Part shown: positions 11,691 to 21,800 of the stretch, one piece after another | How the letters are laid out: every line of letters starts with the position of its first letter | Numbering within the stretch: the first letter of the stretch is position 1 | Assembly: GCA_964508225.1 (NCBI GenBank) | Contig: CAZDRX010000002.1 | Location: 9,592 to 71,090 of the forward strand | Reading direction: 5' to 3' | Length of the DNA: 61,499 nucleotides | Source of the DNA: an uncultured Candidatus Peribacteria bacterium | GTDB taxonomy: Bacteria > Patescibacteriota > Gracilibacteria > Peribacterales > Peribacteraceae | Position numbers and translations under genes: made by a program | Notes under the pieces: model-generated | Told to the model about the DNA's origin: nothing | The model's input: the letters and a program-made list of their open reading frames with translations, nothing else | The model's database searches: none

Positions 11691-12847
11691 GGCTGGAGCG
11701 GGGGATCGAACGTGCGGAAGACGAAGGACGATGCATCGAAACGTCCGAGGATCCTGCCCGGCTCCGAAACTGCCACGCCATCGATCGTGATCTGCCCTGC
11801 GTCACTCACGTCCATGTCCGGACGGTCATAGATCACCCACGTGTCATCGGTCTCGATGCTGATGCCGGGGATCGACGGATACGTGAGGTAGCGCATGTTG
11901 CCGAGGTACGGCCACGCCTGCTGCGCGAAGAACGCGTACGAGCCGCGGTCGAAGAGATAGGGCTTCGCGAAGGCCGCGAAGTCATAGAACCGTCCACGGT
12001 CACGGAACTCGCGGGTCTCGGAGTGTCCCCGGATGTAGGCCGAGCGGTCGCTGCTCACCCAGGAGAGGAATTCCGCGCCCATGCGCAGATCCATGAGGAT
12101 CCATGTTCCCAGCATCACGCACACGAAACTCCGGAGAACGAAGCGGCGTGCGTTCCGTACTCTCCTGAGCCGTGCCCAGAGAATCAGAAGCACGAGGATG
12201 GAGACAAGAGCGATGTTCAGGGCGTAGGTGGCATAGATCTGCTGCGGAGGCAGATTCCGGTAGACCGCATGTTGTTCGATCGGATTGAGGGCGAGCACAG
12301 GACCCCACACGAAATTGATGCTGTAGGGACGGTAGGAGTCGAAGATGAAGAATGACCGTACCGCCTCACTCATCTTCTCGAAGATCGACCAACGCAGGAA
12401 ATCGATCCGGTTGAGGAGGACTGCGCTCTGCGGCGGGAGGACGAGTCCGATGGATTCGATTCCTCCTTTCCATGCGGGGTTCTGCCGGAGCGAGAAGGAG
12501 ATCGGCAGTGTGTTCCCCGCCGGCACATCGAAGCTGACGTACGACGAGTCGCCGCCGATGCGCTTCCAGATGAATGACACATGCGTGTCCCGCGCAGCCG
12601 CCAGCGTGATGGAGGCCGCTTCCGCCAGTTTCTCAGGGACTCCCGATGTGAGGAGTGTGCCCGTCGAGTCTCCGGTGGTGAGCAGGATGCCGTTCGCCTC
12701 CTGCTGCATCGTGATCGTGCCTTTCCCTTCCCAGCGTGCATTCACGAGCCCGGGGCGCAGGTCATACGTATCCGTCTGCATGGCGGCAACCCCGAGCGGC
12801 AGGAAAAGCCCGAGCGTGAGACCGATGGCTTGCAAAACTCGTTGCAC
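11687..12847 (-). CDS. Membrane protein of unknown function (signal peptide plus extracytoplasmic domain plus TM helices)
   Basis: 386-aa ORF with high-GC coding-like composition; ATGA overlap with the downstream GT-C gene implies co-translation. Confidence 0.6.
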   Translation of the reverse strand: MQRVLQAIGLTLGLFLPLGVAAMQTDTYDLRPGLVNARWEGKGTITMQQEANGILLTTGDSTGTLLTSGVPEKLAEAASITLAAARDTHVSFIWKRIGGDSSYVSFDVPAGNTLPISFSLRQNPAWKGGIESIGLVLPPQSAVLLNRIDFLRWSIFEKMSEAVRSFFIFDSYRPYSINFVWGPVLALNPIEQHAVYRNLPPQQIYATYALNIALVSILVLLILWARLRRVRNARRFVLRSFVCVMLGTWILMDLRMGAEFLSWVSSDRSAYIRGHSETREFRDRGRFYDFAAFAKPYLFDRGSYAFFAQQAWPYLGNMRYLTYPSIPGISIETDDTWVIYDRPDMDVSDAGQITIDGVAVSEPGRILGRFDASSFVFRTFDPPLQP

Positions 12848-12895
12848 GCCTGCAGTGTAGTGGGCTTGGATCAGCCACGGAAGCGTCTGTGTATC

Positions 12896-12923
12896 AAAAA
12901 AGACCCTCGCGGGTCTTTGTTTG
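12896..12923. terminator. Bidirectional intrinsic terminator-like hairpin
   Basis: AAAAAA-AGACCC-TCGC-GGGTCT-TTGTTTG: a GC stem flanked by an A-run and a T-run. Confidence 0.55.
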
Positions 12924-13508
12924 TGTTTTCTGCGGGTGTCGACACTGCCGTGAGGCGTTGCCGATACGCAGGAACGTTATTGAGGGAGATGCCCCTCATC
13001 TGCTGTGCTTTGGTCTCTTGTTTCTCCTCGTGACCGGACGAGGTCCCCGGACCGGTCAGTCACAAGTCTCTTACGAGCCAAGGATGACACTGGGGAGTTT
13101 TGGATGCATCTTCCGGTACCAATCTCGTATCCGGAAGACGACGTTGCAGAGCAGAGAGAAGGATGGCTACACCATTTCAAGACGTTACTATGCCCAAAGA
13201 TGTGCAAGATATGCAGATGAGTGCTCGGGAGGAACGAGTCGAAACCGACTGTAGACATCTTTCTCTCTACGCTTCGCGGTGGTGTGCAAGGAGCAGATCT
13301 TGTTGGTGGTGCCGGGCGTCCCCGGCGTGTGTGTGTTGGTATTGGACCCTGTCTTTTCCGTAGGGTTCATCGCATCGTAATCGATCACAGAAATTCCGCA
13401 ACTGTTAGGGCTCGCTTGGATTTCACTCCAATGGTTTGAATACAATTTGTGTACGAAAATGCACATGCAGAAAAATATGGCTTTTGTGGCTTTCTCTAGG
13501 CCTCCATC

Positions 13509-13542
13509 AAAAATGGACGGACTCTCTTTCGAGAATCCGTCC
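13509..13542 (-). terminator. Intrinsic terminator downstream of alaS and the small ORF
   Basis: On the minus strand: GGACGGA-loop-TCCGTCC followed by ATTTTTGAT. Confidence 0.55.
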
Positions 13543-13592
13543 GATGGAAGACGCGTGTCTTCCGGCGTGCTTCCTTTCGCACGCTTCAGGGG

Positions 13593-13871
13593 TCAGGCGA
13601 GGAGCATGTGGGTGGAGCACCAGTGGTGGAGCTCTTCCCCGTGATGCCATGCGTGACGCAGCATGCCGACGACCATGTGCACCCGTGCGGGTGTGGGATC
13701 CAGAAGCAGATGCGAGACCGTTGCGAGGGCAACGGCTTCCATCGGAACTTCTGCTCCGCGGAGTTCGAGGGCGTGAGCCCACGTCTCGGCGCATCCGAAG
13801 AGGTGCGGGTCAGCGGTGACCGCTTTTGCGGCGAGCCAGTCTTGCTTCGCCTGGGGGGACCGAAATTGCAT
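13593..13871 (-). CDS. Small hypothetical protein (92 aa)
   Basis: ORF with host-like GC and codon look, 78 nt downstream of alaS and followed by a terminator. No recognisable domain. Confidence 0.35.
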   Translation of the reverse strand: MQFRSPQAKQDWLAAKAVTADPHLFGCAETWAHALELRGAEVPMEAVALATVSHLLLDPTPARVHMVVGMLRHAWHHGEELHHWCSTHMLLA

Positions 13872-13949
13872 TCCGAACAGTCCTTTCTGAAAGGGTGGTG
13901 AAAAAGAAGCGCGCGGAGTTTTGCTCAGGAAGTCTCGTGAGTCCAGACA

Positions 13950-15755
13950 TCATGCTTCACCCGCCACCTCGATGTCCTTGGGCCCGCCAGCCACCACTGC
14001 CTTGATACGGCGCACACCGGAAGAGCTGCTCTCCTCCTTCTGGATCTTGAATTGGCCGAGCATGCCTGTGCGTGCCACGTGCGGCCCGCCGCAGATCTCT
14101 TTGCTGAACGCACCCATCGTGTACACCTTCACCTTGTCACCGTACTTGTCGCCGAAGACGCCGATCGCGCCCTGTGCCTTCGCTTCGTCCACGCTCATGA
14201 CGCTGAAGCTCACCGGAGCGTCGGCCTTGATCGCGTCATTCACGAGATCTTCCACCTTCTTGATCTGCTCCGGTGTCATCTTCTCTGTGTGGGAGAAGTC
14301 GAAGCGGAGTCGCTCGCCGGTGATATTGCTCCCTTTCTGCCAGACGCCGTCACCGAGTACGGTGCGCAGTGCCTGATTGAGCAGGTGCGTGGCGGTGTGC
14401 AGCTTCGTCGTCTCACCGCTGTGATCGGCCAGTCCGCCGGAAAACTTCTTCTCCGCACCGGCGCGCGAGAGCGCCTGATGATCCTCGAATGCCTTCTTGA
14501 ACCCCTCTTCATCGATCGTTTTACCGCTTTCTGCAGCCATTTCCTTCGTCATTTCGATCGGGAATCCGTACGTGTCGTAGAGGTGGAACGCGTCCAGTCC
14601 CGCAATCACAGCGCCGCTCTTCTCCGCGAGTTTCTGGAAGTGCTTCGTGCCTTCGTTCAACGTCTTCGTGAACGCCTCCTCTTCGCGTGCGAGTGTTTCC
14701 TCGATGAACTGTTTCTTCGTGGCAAGCTGCGAATAGAAGTCCCCGTACTGTGCGCACACGATTCCCGCCATGAAGACAGAGAAGCCGGAGGTCTGGATCT
14801 CCAGCTTGCGTGCCGACCGGATCGCACGGCGGATGAGGCGGCGGAGCACATAGCCCTGATCGACATTGCCCGGCTGGACGCCGTCGGCGATGATGAAGCT
14901 TGCGGCCTTGAAGTGATCGACGATGATGCGCGCGTCGCGCGTCGCGTCCGCTTCGGACTTCGTCGTCTTCGAGAAGACCGCTGCGAGCATCGGACGGAAC
15001 GCATCCGTGTCGTAGACGCTCTTCACTCCCTGCAGGACACAGGCAAGACGCTCGAGTCCGAGGCCTTCATCGAGGTTCTTCTGCTTCAGCTGCTCGAAGG
15101 CGCCTTCGGGCGTCTTGTTGTACTGGATGAGCACATCGTTGCCGATCTCGAGCCAGCTCGGGTCGTCGTTTGCAGGATTGCTGCCTGCAGGCGGCAGAGG
15201 TGTCTTTCCGACCCAGTAGAACATTTCCGTGTCTGGTCCGCAGGGGCCTGTCTGGCCCGCCGGTCCCCACCAGTTCTTCGCCTTCGGGAGGAAACCGATT
15301 CTGTCATCGGGTACGCCCACGTTCTTCCAGATGGCAGCAGACTCATCGTCACGCGGAGCGTCCTTGTCTCCTTCGAAACACGTCACCGCGAATTTTTCCT
15401 TCGGAATGCCGAGCACGCCCGTCATGAATTCATAGCTCATCGTGATCGCGCCTTCCTTGAAGTAGTCGCCCATGCTCCAGCGGCCGAGCATCTCGAACAT
15501 CGTGAGATGCGATGCATCACCCACTTCGTCGATGTCCTGCGTGCGGACGCACAGCTGCACGTCACACACGAGCTTGCCCATCGGGTGCGCCTGACCCATC
15601 AGGTAGGGGACGAGCGGGTGCATGCCGGCGGTGGTGAAGAGCACCGTCGGATCATTTTCGGGCACGAGCGAAGCTCCCGGGATCACGGCGTGGGACTTCG
15701 ACTTGTAGAAGTCGAGGTAGGCTTGCCGGATGTCTGCAGTGGTCATCGGTTTCAT
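13950..15755 (-). CDS. alaS: Alanyl-tRNA synthetase, short form lacking the C-Ala/DHHA1 region
   Basis: 601 aa. The N-terminus ADIRQAYLDFYKSKSHAVIPGASLVPENDPTVLFTTAGM is class II AlaRS. The editing-domain HxxxH...CGG motif is present (TATHLLNQALR...CGGPH). The protein ends shortly after the editing domain. Confidence 0.9.
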   Translation of the reverse strand: MKPMTTADIRQAYLDFYKSKSHAVIPGASLVPENDPTVLFTTAGMHPLVPYLMGQAHPMGKLVCDVQLCVRTQDIDEVGDASHLTMFEMLGRWSMGDYFKEGAITMSYEFMTGVLGIPKEKFAVTCFEGDKDAPRDDESAAIWKNVGVPDDRIGFLPKAKNWWGPAGQTGPCGPDTEMFYWVGKTPLPPAGSNPANDDPSWLEIGNDVLIQYNKTPEGAFEQLKQKNLDEGLGLERLACVLQGVKSVYDTDAFRPMLAAVFSKTTKSEADATRDARIIVDHFKAASFIIADGVQPGNVDQGYVLRRLIRRAIRSARKLEIQTSGFSVFMAGIVCAQYGDFYSQLATKKQFIEETLAREEEAFTKTLNEGTKHFQKLAEKSGAVIAGLDAFHLYDTYGFPIEMTKEMAAESGKTIDEEGFKKAFEDHQALSRAGAEKKFSGGLADHSGETTKLHTATHLLNQALRTVLGDGVWQKGSNITGERLRFDFSHTEKMTPEQIKKVEDLVNDAIKADAPVSFSVMSVDEAKAQGAIGVFGDKYGDKVKVYTMGAFSKEICGGPHVARTGMLGQFKIQKEESSSSGVRRIKAVVAGGPKDIEVAGEA

Positions 15756-15818
15756 GGCACGGGAAAAACGTGACGTGAGACTACTGGAAACGCTTCGGTT
15801 TCCGCAAGCTCCCGCGCT

Positions 15819-17141
15819 TTAGTCCTCGTTGTCCGGCATCATCTCCTTGAGCTCGCGTGTCGCAGTCTCCGCGTGCCTGAGCGCTGCATCCGAGGCATCG
15901 AGCGCTTCGTCCATGTTGCCTTCATCCATCTGGATCTTGGCCATGTCCATGAGCTGCTTCGATCCGTTCACGCGTGTTTCCACCGGTTGGGTTTTGCCTT
16001 CCGGCATCTCCCGTCCGCGGTGATCAAGCTTCTCGCGGAGTTTCTGGAGCTTCTTCTCCGTCATCCGCATACGGACAGCGGCGTCGAAGTGAGTGTCTTC
16101 CCTGTCGGAGTCCGTCTCATCTGTATCCTCCGTATTCACGGCAGCTCCGGTTGTGATCTCCGCCTTCATCATCATGACGGCAGGCGCCGGAGCGATCGTC
16201 ACGGCCTCATCTGCCGGCATGGAAGCGATGAGAGCCTCTTCTTTGGCTTTCCGGAGAGCTTTCCTCGCTTTCTTCTGGTCATCCTTCTTCCCGGCTTTCG
16301 TCGTCGGCTGCGGTGATCTGCCCGTGTCGGCTGCCAGTCCGGCTGCCGCGATGTGCACTGGCTGCTCGGTCTCCATCATGCTGACCACGACGTTCGATTC
16401 CTCGATGTCCATCCGTGCTTCGCGGAGTGTATCCATGAGCGCCGTCATGTCATTCCTTGCGTGATTTTCATTCAGTTTCGCGAGAAACTTCGCGTGTGCG
16501 TGGAGTGTCGCCTCCAGCCCCATGCTGATCGTTCCGGCGTTCTCCATGTCATTCTCGTCCATGAGCGCACTCACTTCCGTTTGCACCGTGCGCACGTTGC
16601 GCTCCACTTCTGACGCGAGCATCGCTTCCTTCTTCGGATCGAGTGCAGATTTCTGTGCCAGCATCTCGGCTTCCTTGAGCCGTTTCTCCGCGTGCTTCGT
16701 CGCCACTGCAGCGCGGGCTTTCGGTGTTCTTGCGATTCTCGCTTCCAGATTTTCATTCACGTGCATCTTCACGGGATAGAGGAGATCACCCGGCATCGCG
16801 GCCTCCGCCGCGTACGACACTCCCGCTCCCGCGATGGAGACAATGAGCACGGAGGCGGTGACAGTCGTGAAGCTCTTGAAGGGGCTCAGCCACCAGCTCT
16901 GCACGGCTGCAGTGCCCATCCTCGCGAGGAGGGATTCCCGAATCGTCACGCGCTCACGGGGCGTGAGGGCGATCGCTTTGGCCGTCTGAAGGAATGTGTG
17001 CTCATCCATCGTGAACTGGTGACGTGTGTCCGGTGCATTCCTTACTGCATTGCGGAGCTTTCCGAGTACGTCGGCTTTCTCCTCGGGGGTGAGACAGAGT
17101 TTTTTTGCCGCGCCGAAGAATGCATCCTCATTCTTCATCAT
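15819..17141 (-). CDS. Anti-sigma-factor-like single-pass membrane protein with a helical extracytoplasmic (DUF5667-like) domain
   Basis: 440 aa with one TM helix (FTTVTASVLIVSIAGAGVSYAA), then YPVKMHVNENLE and long charged helices. ATGA overlap with the upstream ECF sigma gene. Confidence 0.5.
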   Translation of the reverse strand: MMKNEDAFFGAAKKLCLTPEEKADVLGKLRNAVRNAPDTRHQFTMDEHTFLQTAKAIALTPRERVTIRESLLARMGTAAVQSWWLSPFKSFTTVTASVLIVSIAGAGVSYAAEAAMPGDLLYPVKMHVNENLEARIARTPKARAAVATKHAEKRLKEAEMLAQKSALDPKKEAMLASEVERNVRTVQTEVSALMDENDMENAGTISMGLEATLHAHAKFLAKLNENHARNDMTALMDTLREARMDIEESNVVVSMMETEQPVHIAAAGLAADTGRSPQPTTKAGKKDDQKKARKALRKAKEEALIASMPADEAVTIAPAPAVMMMKAEITTGAAVNTEDTDETDSDREDTHFDAAVRMRMTEKKLQKLREKLDHRGREMPEGKTQPVETRVNGSKQLMDMAKIQMDEGNMDEALDASDAALRHAETATRELKEMMPDNED

Positions 17142-17635
17142 GGTTTTTTGAGGAGGAGCTTGAGTTCCTTGAGCGCGCGGTGGATCCGTACGGAGACGAC
17201 GTTCGCACTGAGCCCGAGAACGGCTGCGATTTCCTGCGGCTTCAGTTCATCGATGAAACGCATCGTGATCATCTTCCGGTCATCGGGCGTCAGTTTCGCG
17301 AGTTCGCGGATGATGCGCTGCTCGTCGAGGCGCTGGATGAGTGTGTTGTCGTCGACGCCTGTGGGGTCGAATCCCGCTTCCTGCAGCGCGTCGAGCGATG
17401 TCTCCTTCGCCTTCCGCACGTAGTCGACGATGAGGTTATTCGCGATGCGGTAGAGCAGCGCACGGATGTTGTCGATCTTCTGCCCTTTGCCCGCATAGAC
17501 GAACGCCTTCACGAATGTCTCCTGCATGAGATCCTTACCGACTTCACGGTTCGACAGACGGAGGTAGCAGTGCCGGAAAATGGCATCGGCATACTGGTCG
17601 TATGCATCTTCAATGAGAGCGGCTGCGTCACTCAT
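17138..17635 (-). CDS. ECF-type RNA polymerase sigma-70 family factor
   Basis: 165 aa. Region 2 (DLMQETFVKAFV..LYRIANNLIVDYVRK) and region 4 (MITMRFIDELKPQEIAAVLGLSANVVSVRIHRAL) are recognisable. Confidence 0.8.
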   Translation of the reverse strand: MSDAAALIEDAYDQYADAIFRHCYLRLSNREVGKDLMQETFVKAFVYAGKGQKIDNIRALLYRIANNLIVDYVRKAKETSLDALQEAGFDPTGVDDNTLIQRLDEQRIIRELAKLTPDDRKMITMRFIDELKPQEIAAVLGLSANVVSVRIHRALKELKLLLKKP

Positions 17636-17674
17636 AGCTCGCGTATCGTAGGTGTGACTTGGCGACGGCGATAC

Positions 17675-17703
17675 TTGACAAAATATTATATTTATTCAAT
17701 ATT
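17675..17703 (+). promoter_or_regulatory. Sigma70-like promoter (TTGACA-N17-AATATT) for the DUF11 gene
   Basis: TTGACA 17675-17680, 17-nt AT-rich spacer, AATATT 17698-17703. The first ATG (17713) lies 9 nt after the -10 box. Confidence 0.45.
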
Positions 17704-17712
17704 ACCTTTCCA

Positions 17713-18777
17713 ATGTTACCCACGCCTCCCTGTATCGAAGGTTTCGTCGGCTGCAGTGAAACAGGCGGCTACGACAGCGGTGCCTCTTCCGGCACCGGAG
17801 GATCCGGATCCACGGGCGGTAGCTCCGGAGGCTCTACCGGTGGAGGCACTTCCGGTACATCCGGAGGCACCGGTGGCGGTTCGTTCTTCGGTACATCTTC
17901 TTCCAGCTCTTCCCCGAGCGGTTTCGGTGGGTTCTCTTCCTCCTCGTCTTCGTCGTCGCGTTCCTCGATTTTCCGCTTCGGTACCGGCTCGGGCAACGCG
18001 TCATCCTCGTCACGCTCCTCCATGTTCGGCGGCAGCTCGGGCACGTCCGGCACCAGCGGCGCGAAGAGTACAGCGGCACGTCTCGCCGAGTACACGCTCA
18101 CGGCGGTGAACCGTGGCAAGCAGGCACTCAAGAATGTGGTCCTCGAACACGGCCCGCTTCCGTCGGGTGCGGTCTTCGATCCTTCCCGCTCCACGCAGGG
18201 CTGTACGCAGGTCGGGAGTTCCGTTCAGTGCACCACGGATCTGCAGGCGGGGGAGTCCAAGGCATTCACTCTCGCGTACAAAGTGCAGAACTCCGTCAGC
18301 TGCGCGCTCGCCAAAGCCCTGCAGACAGCGAAAAGCAGCGTGAACGGGATCACGGGATCTGCGACGAGCGGAGTCTCCACGAGCATCACCTGCAGCATGA
18401 AGACGGAGGCCACCGCTGCGAGCGCATCTTCCGCCTCGGCCTCACTCGGGAATCCGGCCTACGCAAACGGTGCTTTCGGCGGATCGGGAACGTCTCTCGG
18501 AGCCGGTTACGGGAGCGGCGCAGTAACCCCGGGCATGTTTGTGGGCGCCTTGGGAGGCAAAGACATGAGGCAGACAGGGTACAAGCCGTACGGAAATGTT
18601 CGCATGCCCCGTACCGGAGCAGCCGATGTCTTCACGGCGAGTGCGAAGGAGTACATTCTCCTGCCCGCTCACGAGACGTCGTCCGAAGGTAGTTTTCCCG
18701 TTATGACGACTTCTCTGTCAATGATCCTCCTGAGTATCTTCGGAGCACTCATTCTGAAAAGGAGACTTTTTGGCTGA
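17713..18777 (+). CDS. Gly/Ser-rich cell-surface protein with one DUF11-type repeat domain and a PRTG-spacer-TM C-terminus
   Basis: The track ORF begins at TTG 17659; ATG 17713 is preferred. Contains a DUF11-like segment (YTLTAVNRGKQALKNVVLEHGPLPSGAVF...), PRTG at 18607-18618, and a C-terminal hydrophobic helix plus KRRLFG. Confidence 0.6.
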   Translation: MLPTPPCIEGFVGCSETGGYDSGASSGTGGSGSTGGSSGGSTGGGTSGTSGGTGGGSFFGTSSSSSSPSGFGGFSSSSSSSSRSSIFRFGTGSGNASSSSRSSMFGGSSGTSGTSGAKSTAARLAEYTLTAVNRGKQALKNVVLEHGPLPSGAVFDPSRSTQGCTQVGSSVQCTTDLQAGESKAFTLAYKVQNSVSCALAKALQTAKSSVNGITGSATSGVSTSITCSMKTEATAASASSASASLGNPAYANGAFGGSGTSLGAGYGSGAVTPGMFVGALGGKDMRQTGYKPYGNVRMPRTGAADVFTASAKEYILLPAHETSSEGSFPVMTTSLSMILLSIFGALILKRRLFG

Positions 18778-18831
18778 AATTAGGCCTGAATGCCTGTTTT
18801 TAGAGAGTACTCTTTGCCATATTTTTTGAGT

Positions 18832-18860
18832 TTGACAATCCCCAATATGTGACATAAACT
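18832..18860 (+). promoter_or_regulatory. Sigma70-like promoter (TTGACA-N17-TAAACT) for the giant gene
   Basis: TTGACA 18832-18837, 17-nt spacer, TAAACT 18855-18860, in an AT-rich gap. Confidence 0.45.
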
Positions 18861-18896
18861 TAACCCCTTTTTCGTTTTGACCCCATTTTTCCCCTC

Positions 18897-21800
18897 GTGT
18901 CTATGGAGTTCAAGAAGCACTTCTCCGCAGTCGCACTTGCGGCAGTTCTGATCACCCAGGTGAATCTCGGAACGATTCCCTCTTTCGAACCCCTCGTTCA
19001 GAAGACGGAAGCAGCGACGGAGTCCTTCACCTTCGGCTCGGACGGGGCGATCCGTGACTACGTGAACTCGCTTGGATCAGGCCTGACCCCCGTGCAGATT
19101 GTCGTGAACGGCGATGACGCCGGCGGTGTGGATAGTGATGGCGCTACGAAGCAGAAAATCTGTGAACTCAAGGGTTATCCGCAGGTCGTCAGTCACACCA
19201 CGAAGTCGTACGCCAGCTGTGGCGACAACGTCATTGCTTTCTGGAACGGCAGCCAGTTCGTCTGGTCGCATCACAATGCCTGTGCCCGCGGTAATGACCG
19301 CCTCAATTCGCTCACCTGCCGCCGCACAATCCCGAACTGTCAGGACGGTGTCGACAACGACAGCGACGGTGCCGTGGACGGTGCCGATTTCTCGTGTCAG
19401 CAGAACCCGAACGGTGACGAATCCGGTCCCAAGGCCCAGTGTCAGGACGGTGGCGACAACGACGGTGATACGTACATCGATGCGCTCATCGAGACCAACC
19501 TTGGTGGCAACGGCAACTCACAGGACTTCAATCAGAGTCAGCTCGTTTCGTTTCTGAACGGACTGCCGCCTTCGCTCATGCCGCAGCCGATCGTTGCCGG
19601 CGGTACGCCGAACGCGGATCAGTCTACGGCCAACAAGATCTGTGATCTCGCCGGATACACCACAGCCACGATTACGAACGTCGGGCACTGGGCCAGCTGT
19701 CACGATAACGAGAACGTCTATTGGAATGGTTCCCAGTTTGTGTGGGAGGTGGACAACGCCTGTCAGAAGGGCAACAACAACCTCGATGGTCTGCGTTGCA
19801 CAGGTTCACGCGCCCAGTGCCGCAACGGCATCGACGATGACGGCGACGGCAAGGTCGACATGGCCGATACCGGCTGTGCGAGCTCGAACGATACCAGCGA
19901 GAAGCAGCACGATCCTTCGTGCTCCAATCCGCAGGATAACGACGAATCTCCCAATGACCGCAAGCAGTGCAATGACGGTGTCGACAACGATGCTGACGGC
20001 AAGGTCGACATGGCCGACAACGGATGCACGAGTCCGACCGACAACACCGAGAGAAATACGGTCGATCTCTCGATTGCGTTCACGAGCGTTCCCCAGACTG
20101 TCCAGAAGGGCGGACCGGTGAACTACTCCATCTTCGTGGCGAACGGTGGTCCGGATATCGCGAACAACGTCGTATTCAAGATGCCGATTCCGGTAGGACT
20201 CACGTACGTTCCGGGCACGTCGTATGACCGCTGTGTCCAGCAGGGAACGCAGATCGTCTGTACGAATGTGGACATCAACCCCGGTCAGTCCGGCACGCAC
20301 CCGATCAACTTCACGGCGTCTCTGACGCTCGCATGCAATGCGCAGCTCCAGACCTCCTTCAATATCACGTCCGCCGATACGGACTCCAATCCCGCCAACA
20401 ACCAGACGCAGAACGTCACCTCCACGGTTGTGTGTGCACAGTGCAGCGACGGCACGGACAATGACAATGACGGCGCCACCGACGCCGCGGACGCAAGCTG
20501 TCACAGCGATCTCAATCCTGCCAATGCGGCTTCCTACCAGCCGACGAAGAATGACGAAACGAACCCGAAGACCGCGTGTCAGGACGGTCTCGACAACGAT
20601 GGTGACGGTCTCACGGATCTTCTCGATCCCGGATGCAGCGGCAAGCAGGACAATTCCGAGAAGAACCCCGGCGGCCCCCAGTGCGACAACGGCATCGACG
20701 ATGACAACGATGGCCGTGTCGACTTTCCGCAGGATCTCGGCTGCAGCGGTCCGACCGACACGAGCGAGCTCAACATGCAGTGCAGCGACGGTCAGGACAA
20801 TGACAACGACGGTGCCATCGACGCCGCCGATGCGTCCTGCCACACAGACCTGAACCCCGCCAATCAGGCTTCGTATCAGCCGAACGACAACGACGAAGCA
20901 AACCCGAAGACGCAGTGTCAGGACGGTGTCGACAATGACAATGACGGTCTCAAAGATCTCCAGGATCCGGGATGTACCGATCCGCAGGACAACACCGAGA
21001 ACAGTGAGCCCGCTCCGAACGTCGACATCATGATCAACGGCTCCAATGGCCCTATCACGGTGCTCGCCGGAACGACTCTCAACATCGCGTGGTCTTCCAC
21101 GGGTGTGCAACGCTGCAATACCGGTACGAGCAACATGCCGGGATGGACGAGCAACCAGACACTTCCGGTGAACGGCAATGCCCAGTTCACCGCGACGGTC
21201 AGCGGAACATACGGTATCCAGTGCAGCAAGACGCAGACCTCGAACTTCGTCGTGCAGGATGCAGTCGCGGTCGTCGTGACCCCCGCACAGTGTTCTGACG
21301 GTACGGACAACGACGCCGACGGTGCCGTGGACTCCGCGGACGCGAGCTGCCACAGCGATCTCAATCCCGCCAATGCAGCTTCCTACCAGCCCACCAAGAA
21401 CGATGAGACGAACCCGAAGACACAGTGTCAGGACGGTCTCGATAATGACGGTGACGGCCTCTCCGATCTGCAGGATCCGGGATGCAGCGGCAAGCAGGAC
21501 AACTCCGAGAAGAACCCGAACGGTGCGCAGTGCGACAACGGCATCGACGATGACAACGACGGCCGTGTCGACTTTCCGCAGGACACGGGCTGCACCAGTC
21601 CGACGGACACGAGCGAGCTCAACATGCAGTGCTCGGATGGTCAGGACAATGACAACGACGGTGCGATCGACGCTGCCGATGCGTCCTGCCACACGGACTT
21701 GAACCCCGCCAACGCCGCCAGCTACGACCCGAATGACAACGATGAGCTGAACCCGAAGACGCAGTGTCAGGACGGTCTCGACAACGACGGCGACGGTTAC

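Noticed and set aside
12848-13592. RNase P RNA or SRP RNA in the non-coding gap
   Set aside because: I searched by eye on both strands for the universally conserved P4 (GAGGAAAGUCC / ACAGAA.CCGGCUUA) and SRP domain IV (GGAAGCAGCC) motifs. None is present. The gap is kept only as an unassigned ncRNA candidate.
14052-15773. 573-aa ORF antisense to alaS
   Set aside because: Shadow frame opposite a conserved aaRS gene, with no motifs.
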